Below, in pieces: positions 58,902 to 64,000 of a stretch of DNA of 64,000 nt. The notes beneath the pieces were generated by a model. It worked only from the letters and a program-made list of their open reading frames with translations, did not search any database and had not been told where the DNA came from. Both the position numbers and the translations under genes were made by a program. This DNA is from a bacterium (GTDB taxonomy: Bacteria; Patescibacteriota; Minisyncoccia; Phycocordibacterales; DATDWN01). The DNA is taken from the NCBI GenBank assembly GCA_037134875.1, contig JBAXLH010000001.1, positions 106,646 to 170,645 of the forward strand. The letters run 5' to 3'. How positions within the stretch are numbered: the stretch's first letter is position 1; the number at the start of each line of letters is the position of its first letter.

Positions 58902-59651
58902 TCACTTTCCCATATTTGACTCGCCGACGAGCACATACGAACCGGCAAAAATAACTGGAGTTCTGTTGCGAGGAAGTACAGAACGTCCTCTTGTATTTTT
59001 TTCATATTCAGCATCTAGAATGCCAAACTGGTCAAGAAATTTATTAAATTTATGAGACACTCTGATGCATCCCTTTGATCCAACTTCACCGAGTCTGATT
59101 TCTCCATACACCGGATCGGTCGAGTGGAGGAGCATACGAATCTGGTATGGTTCTCCTTTTTTTGTTTGGGTCTCCCGCCAGCCAAAATCCCACACACGGC
59201 TCCCTTTGAGTCCAAGTCCTCGCCAACCTTTGGAATTAACTGTACCGAGAGCACGATAACTCATATGCTTTGGTGAGTTTTTGTGAAAGCCGAGAGGTGT
59301 GACAAAATACCCTTTTCGATTTGGATTACCAGTCGACACTTTGTCAGTACCAATGATAAAAATCTGTCTGGAATCCGGCTCGACAAATACCAGTGTCCCC
59401 AGCTGGACAGTAGGATTACGGTCAACAAACAAGACATATTGTGGTGACTCTATGATGTGCGCAGTCTGAATAACTGTCCGAATTATTCCCAAAATCTCCG
59501 CTTCATATGTTGCGGAAATAGTGATTCCACCGACTCTCTCCGCAAACCACTCTTTGAGTCGCTCCGGCTCGCTTAGGGGTGAAATTATCGGAGAAGACAA
59601 TCCTATTGGAACAACAAAAAGAAAAATAACACCAAAAAACCACTGTGTCAT
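58902..59651 (-). CDS. L,D-transpeptidase-like protein
   Basis: VSTG, TPLG, LHSTDP...GSKGCIR catalytic motif. Confidence 0.85.
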   Translation of the reverse strand: MTQWFFGVIFLFVVPIGLSSPIISPLSEPERLKEWFAERVGGITISATYEAEILGIIRTVIQTAHIIESPQYVLFVDRNPTVQLGTLVFVEPDSRQIFIIGTDKVSTGNPNRKGYFVTPLGFHKNSPKHMSYRALGTVNSKGWRGLGLKGSRVWDFGWRETQTKKGEPYQIRMLLHSTDPVYGEIRLGEVGSKGCIRVSHKFNKFLDQFGILDAEYEKNTRGRSVLPRNRTPVIFAGSYVLVGESNMGK

Positions 59652-59678
59652 TTGAGAACCTCTTATTAAAGTCTATAC

Positions 59679-59930
59679 CTACTCAAAAATTTGAGCAATG
59701 ACCTCGTCTGTCTCATCTGCTGATAGTCTAAAATCTTGGCAAGCCATTATTAGTAGAGCTTCCTTTTCTCTATCTGAAATTTTTCGCCCAGTATTTATCA
59801 TTTCCACTTCTTCCTCTGTAAGGTTTATTTTACTTTCTGGGGCAGTACTTCTTTCCATCAAATACTCAACAAATTTTTCTCTTATCTGTGGTAACAATTC
59901 TTCCACTCTTGATTTTGGTGCTTGTTCCAT
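59679..59930 (-). CDS. Small hypothetical protein
   Basis: ORF from MEQAPKS. Confidence 0.5.
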   Translation of the reverse strand: MEQAPKSRVEELLPQIREKFVEYLMERSTAPESKINLTEEEVEMINTGRKISDREKEALLIMACQDFRLSADETDEVIAQIFE

Positions 59931-59943
59931 ATACATATAATAT

Positions 59944-60255
59944 CTAATTTTTTTCAAATTTAATAGTATCAAATCCACCAGAAAGTGCTTGTTTGGCGAC
60001 CTCTGGCTCTCTCGTAAGCCAATCCTGACAAAGAAATGAAGCGAGTGTGTTTATTCCCATTTCTGTGAGTTTTTTGACTGTATACCCTTCTATTTCGATA
60101 TCTTCGATTTCACCTGCCTCTAAAAATTTAAAAATTCTTCTTTTGATCTCAGAATTAGAATTTTCAATATCTTTTATCATCAAATCCATTTTGTAATCAT
60201 TATAGACTCCAGGAAATCTCAATTGTATTAAATTTTTTATTTGTTCTTTTTCCAT
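59944..60255 (-). CDS. Hypothetical protein
   Basis: 103-aa ORF, TAAAAT six nt before the ATG. Confidence 0.65.
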   Translation of the reverse strand: MEKEQIKNLIQLRFPGVYNDYKMDLMIKDIENSNSEIKRRIFKFLEAGEIEDIEIEGYTVKKLTEMGINTLASFLCQDWLTREPEVAKQALSGGFDTIKFEKN

Positions 60256-60395
60256 ATCAAAATTTTACCACAGTTTTTGGATTTAATACTACCTAAAAGT
60301 AGAACTTTGATTAACAAGTTCTACTTTTGACACACAACAAGAATGTTTGACACCGGCATATAAATATTATATATTTTTGTGTAGAAGAAAATTCT

Positions 60396-60641
60396 ATGGC
60401 CGACCGAGAAGTTGTTAGAGTGCATTTAATAGACGCTTTTGAATGCCTGCAAACTCGCAGAAATCAAAAAGGCGAGTTCAGCGATCTTGAGCAATTTAAT
60501 AGAAACCAGCACGACAGGCGACGCCTCTTGGGCAGAGTCCTGTACTGTCGGCAAAATGGTTTTTCGGATGAGGAAATTATAGCCATCATCGGCAATGATT
60601 TGCTTGTCGCCTGCGACAATTCAGACGACGAACCAACATAG
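60396..60641 (+). CDS. Small hypothetical protein
   Basis: 81-aa ORF with TTGACA-17-TATTAT upstream and a downstream hairpin. Confidence 0.5.
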   Translation: MADREVVRVHLIDAFECLQTRRNQKGEFSDLEQFNRNQHDRRRLLGRVLYCRQNGFSDEEIIAIIGNDLLVACDNSDDEPT

Positions 60642-60701
60642 AAAATCGACTTTATACAACCTCACGTCAAACCACAAAACCGACGTGGGGCTTTTATTTT
60701 G

Positions 60702-60775
60702 CGCGACCGGCCGGACTTGAACCGGTAACCTCCCACGTGACAGGCGGGTGCTCTAACCAGTTGAGCTACGATCGC
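60702..60775 (-). tRNA. tRNA-Asp(GTC)
   Basis: GCGATCG/CGGTCGC; CCCGC-CT-GTC-AC-GTGGG; TTCAAG. Confidence 0.95.
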
Positions 60776-60821
60776 ATAATATGAAATCTATCAGATTTCT
60801 TGCTTTTCTGCAAAAACCTTG

Positions 60822-60895
60822 TGTCGGCGCCAAGACTTGCACTTGGGACCTTAACTTTATGAGTGTTATGCTCTAACTACCTGAGCTACGCCGAC
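60822..60895 (-). tRNA. tRNA with CAT anticodon (elongator Met or Ile2)
   Basis: GTCGGCG/CGCCGAC; loop CT-CAT-AA; T-loop TGCAAGT; paired 1-72 and no GGG anticodon stem, so not the initiator. Confidence 0.88.
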
Positions 60896-61578
60896 AAAAT
60901 TTGATTTTTAAGAGCTTTTATTAGCCCTACCATTTTATACTTTAAATTTTTACTTCTGCGAACAAACAATCTACAGACACCAAAATATGTATCATAATTT
61001 TCATAGACCTTATTTACCTTTGTATTCACAAAATAAGGCTTCCTGATCTGACTACCTTTCAATCCTAACAGTTTTTTCCAAAAAATCAACACCTTCTTGA
61101 TTCTTTGTTCATGTATTCTGTTAATCTGAATACAACAAACAATATCTTCTTGAAGAACATCCATAACATCAACCAAAAAATTATTCATCAATAGTATCAT
61201 TTCTGGATCAGAATTAACAAACATCCATGTACTAGTAGTATCAGTTTTTGATCCCTCACTCCAATACAATGCTGTTGCAATAAGTAGTAATTCACGTTTT
61301 GATATTTTGCTTACAATTTTTTGTCCTTCTTTTTCTGCAAATAGAATTGCATCAAGTTTTTTTTGTTTATTTCGCTCAGCTCCTATCCTTTGACCCGTTG
61401 TAACAGAAACCCCCTTATTCTTTTGTAACCTTTCATTTTGTTCTTTGGTCAAACTAATATCACGACACCATGCGCTAACCGAACTTTTGGTCACATTAAG
61501 ATCGTGAGCAATTTTTAAAATTGAAATTCCCTTTTTTCTCATTTCTCTCGCTTGTATTCGTTCATTATACTTAGACAT
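60886..61578 (-). CDS. HTH + LAGLIDADG-like domain protein overlapping the tRNA 5' end
   Basis: GISILKIAHDLNVTKSSVSAW HTH; ALYWSEGSK...FVNSDPEMI; stop lies inside the tRNA. Confidence 0.75.
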   Translation of the reverse strand: MSKYNERIQAREMRKKGISILKIAHDLNVTKSSVSAWCRDISLTKEQNERLQKNKGVSVTTGQRIGAERNKQKKLDAILFAEKEGQKIVSKISKRELLLIATALYWSEGSKTDTTSTWMFVNSDPEMILLMNNFLVDVMDVLQEDIVCCIQINRIHEQRIKKVLIFWKKLLGLKGSQIRKPYFVNTKVNKVYENYDTYFGVCRLFVRRSKNLKYKMVGLIKALKNQILSA

Positions 61579-61665
61579 ATATAACATTATATCAAAGGTA
61601 CAATAATACTATCAACATCAAATCTGTTGATAGTATTTAATATACCCTAGATTGTTACAACACAT

Positions 61666-63093
61666 CTAGAATGAGTTGAATTTTGTTCGAGTCATTGGTC
61701 CCATTGTGCCGTAGCCGACCTGACCACTCTTTGCAATACCGTATGCCTCCTGAAATCTCTGCACCGCCTTTTCTGTTGCTCGTCCAAAATACCCTGTCAC
61801 GAGACCCTCTGGATAGTATCCATTTTTTGAGAGAAATTCCTGCAGAGCCGAGACACTGTCGCCCCGAGAACCAAACTTCAATAGTGTTGTGATTTTTCTT
61901 CTTGGGGAAATAATCACACTGTCTATCATATTGTATTTTGTTGTACCAGATGTGGAAAGTGTCGAAGTTGAAACACCAGTGAAAATAACCGGCTGACCTT
62001 TTGGATTTACATTTACAACTATTCGTGAGGCATTGATTCCATCAAACCCTCCATCTTGAAGCTGTGAATACAGTGAAAGATTGGCTTGCTTTATCTGGTT
62101 TGATGAGTTTGAAATTGCCACAGTTATTGATCCATTTGGCGCGAGATATGCACTGGACAGTAGAGCACCACACGCAATTGGGGTTGTCGTAGTCGATGTC
62201 ACGATACTCAGTGTCAGCGAATCATCACATGCCATTTTTATATTCACTCCGGTTGCATATTTTGTCGTCCAGATGAGCGTGAAAGAATCATCGGAGGTTA
62301 TCTGTGGTTGTGATGGTACAAAACTCAAAATCTGTCCTGGCAGTGTTCTGTCAGAAGCAATATCGAGCGTGAGAGATTTTGAGTGTGAGAGATCATACGT
62401 ATTATCCGAAATGTATGGCAGAACAGTCAGATTGACCGTGGCCCTATCAATATTTTTATTTTTGAACCACAAGTCAGCACTTCCCGAGCCAGGGAGTTTT
62501 GTATCAAACGCATTTTTTCCACACTGCAATATCGCTCCCGGAGTGAGAGTGCTCGAAGAAGCTGTCACACCGTCCACACAAGAGAGAATCATATTAACTC
62601 CGTCCAAATATTGCGAAGTCCACGTGACAGTAACCGGCACTCCCGAAACCGTACTCGTCGCAGACGCAAACAAATCAGATAGTGGGTATGGTAGTGCAGA
62701 AACTCCGATGGTTATGTCTTTTGAAGGTGAATATTCTGTACCATTACTGTCCTTTGGAAAAAGTTTGAATGTGACATATCTGTATGAACCACTCGTGTTG
62801 ATGAGGATAAACCCAGCGGAGTCGCCGGACTGATTTGTAGTTGGATTTTTTGAGTCGCATGGATAGATCGATCCGTCATCTTTTTGAATTTTGACCCCCG
62901 GAGTACACACAGCGAGCATATTAAATGAGCTGGCGGTTTGTGATGACCACGTCAGAGAAAAAATCTGTCCGGCAGTCACAGAATACGCCGAAGACGTAAA
63001 CACATCAACAGTCGGCGAAGCAAAAACAAATCCGGAAAAACCAAAGAGAGCAACGAGAACTAATAAAGAGAGAACTATTTTTTGTAATCTCAT
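61666..63093 (-). CDS. Secreted Ser/Thr-rich protein with three beta-rich repeats and a C-terminal peptidoglycan-binding domain
   Basis: Signal peptide; repeated SLTWS/TVTWT/TLIWT; GSRGDSVSALQEFL...TGYFGRATEKAVQRFQ. Confidence 0.88.
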   Translation of the reverse strand: MRLQKIVLSLLVLVALFGFSGFVFASPTVDVFTSSAYSVTAGQIFSLTWSSQTASSFNMLAVCTPGVKIQKDDGSIYPCDSKNPTTNQSGDSAGFILINTSGSYRYVTFKLFPKDSNGTEYSPSKDITIGVSALPYPLSDLFASATSTVSGVPVTVTWTSQYLDGVNMILSCVDGVTASSSTLTPGAILQCGKNAFDTKLPGSGSADLWFKNKNIDRATVNLTVLPYISDNTYDLSHSKSLTLDIASDRTLPGQILSFVPSQPQITSDDSFTLIWTTKYATGVNIKMACDDSLTLSIVTSTTTTPIACGALLSSAYLAPNGSITVAISNSSNQIKQANLSLYSQLQDGGFDGINASRIVVNVNPKGQPVIFTGVSTSTLSTSGTTKYNMIDSVIISPRRKITTLLKFGSRGDSVSALQEFLSKNGYYPEGLVTGYFGRATEKAVQRFQEAYGIAKSGQVGYGTMGPMTRTKFNSF

Positions 63094-63103
63094 ATATAAA
63101 AAA

Positions 63104-63871
63104 TTATTTTGTTAATATAATTGGATCTGTATCTGTGATCGCTATTGTGTGCTCAAAATGCGCGGAGTGTGAGCCGTCAGACGTTTTGTATGTGTAGCCA
63201 TCGCGTGCCAAAATGATCCGCGAGCTTCCCTGTGCGATCATAGGCTCGAGGGCCAAAACCATACCAGGTTTGAGTAATTCCCCTCTGCCCTTACTTCCCT
63301 CGTTTGGAACAAAAGGCTCTTCGTGGACCTTGTAGCCTACGCCATGGCCTGCTAGACCCTCTGGTATACCGTAGCCCAAAGGCCGTATAAAGCTCTCTAT
63401 TGCGTGACTGATATCGCCTATATGTCTTCCCCCTTGCGCAGCTTTTATTCCCAAAAAGAGGGCTTCTCTGCAGTGTTCTATCATTTTCCTATCCTCGTCC
63501 GAGATGTCGCCTACACCCACTGTAATAGCACTGTCTGTAATCATTTTCTGATGAATAATACCGAGGTCGAGCGAAACAATGTCGCCATTTTGCAGTATTC
63601 GTGGTTCTTCGTTTGGTATGCCGTGCACAATCTCGTCGTTTATGGAAACATTAAGCGCTGCCGGATATGGTCGCTTGGCTCCGCGAGGTGTGTAATTCAA
63701 AAACGCCGGAGTGTCTCCGCTTTCTTTGATGAGCTCACGTGCGTAGTCCTCGAGGTGTTGCGTCGAAACTCCAACCATCGCCTTTTTTGCAACTTCGGCC
63801 AAAATAAAAGCATGGCGTCGTCCACCCTCTCTCAAAATTTCTATTTCTTCTTGTGTTTTGATTGTAGTCAT
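63104..63871 (-). CDS. map: Type I methionine aminopeptidase
   Basis: SINDEIVHGIP, DLG, DSA, GHGVG, HEEP, EPM, SAHFEHT. Confidence 0.98.
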   Translation of the reverse strand: MTTIKTQEEIEILREGGRRHAFILAEVAKKAMVGVSTQHLEDYARELIKESGDTPAFLNYTPRGAKRPYPAALNVSINDEIVHGIPNEEPRILQNGDIVSLDLGIIHQKMITDSAITVGVGDISDEDRKMIEHCREALFLGIKAAQGGRHIGDISHAIESFIRPLGYGIPEGLAGHGVGYKVHEEPFVPNEGSKGRGELLKPGMVLALEPMIAQGSSRIILARDGYTYKTSDGSHSAHFEHTIAITDTDPIILTK

Positions 63872-64000
63872 TTAAATTTTTATCTGTCCGATAATATCGG
63901 TGTGAATATCCTCGATTGTTCGCTCGCCATTAATATCAAAAAATTCAACATTTGGATTTGTTCGCAAATAGTCAACCGCCGGAGCCACATCTGTATCAAA
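63872..64000 (-). CDS. adk: Adenylate kinase-like protein, C-terminal fragment
   Basis: FDTDVAPAVDYL...DINGERTIEDIHTDI; stop abuts the map start (conserved adk-map order). Confidence 0.75.
   Translation of the reverse strand, partial: FDTDVAPAVDYLRTNPNVEFFDINGERTIEDIHTDIIGQIKI

Noticed and set aside
1-64000. CRISPR array, DGR/retron, rRNA, or alternative genetic code 25
   Set aside because: No periodic repeat-spacer array, cas, reverse transcriptase or rRNA seen; core genes are full length in code 11 and TGA ends genes (e.g. 14087).

Overview
The window reads as chromosome of a Patescibacteria (CPR), most likely Parcubacteria-like, bacterium. This assignment is an inference from compact housekeeping genes, widespread -10-box-adjacent ATG starts and CPR-style hypothetical proteins; genetic code 11. 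Core genes include dnaE, thrS, gyrB, a monomeric PheRS, pyrG, ftsEX, prfB, pyrD, rpmA, rplI, cysS, dnaB, recR, map, adk and five tRNAs. They flank a ~20 kb accessory region (20249-40480) built from two tandem large-serine-recombinase elements at the 3' end of tRNA-Gln(CTG). The outer element carries a type I R-M system and a ParB-methylase/terminase-small-like module; the inner one carries a type II R-M system. The most striking feature is the inner 5.1 kb element: besides attL and attR it holds a complete 327-bp attP in inverted orientation. This splits it into a cargo module with 202-bp inverted repeats and a recombinase module with 132-bp inverted repeats sharing a 7-bp core, and the recombinase C-terminus changes with att state. 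Also present: two families of dispersed structured intergenic repeats with compensatory stem changes, a c4-like antisense leader, an in-frame palindrome in pyrG and a LAGLIDADG-like gene overlapping a tRNA. All family assignments come from motif recognition by eye; no searches were run.
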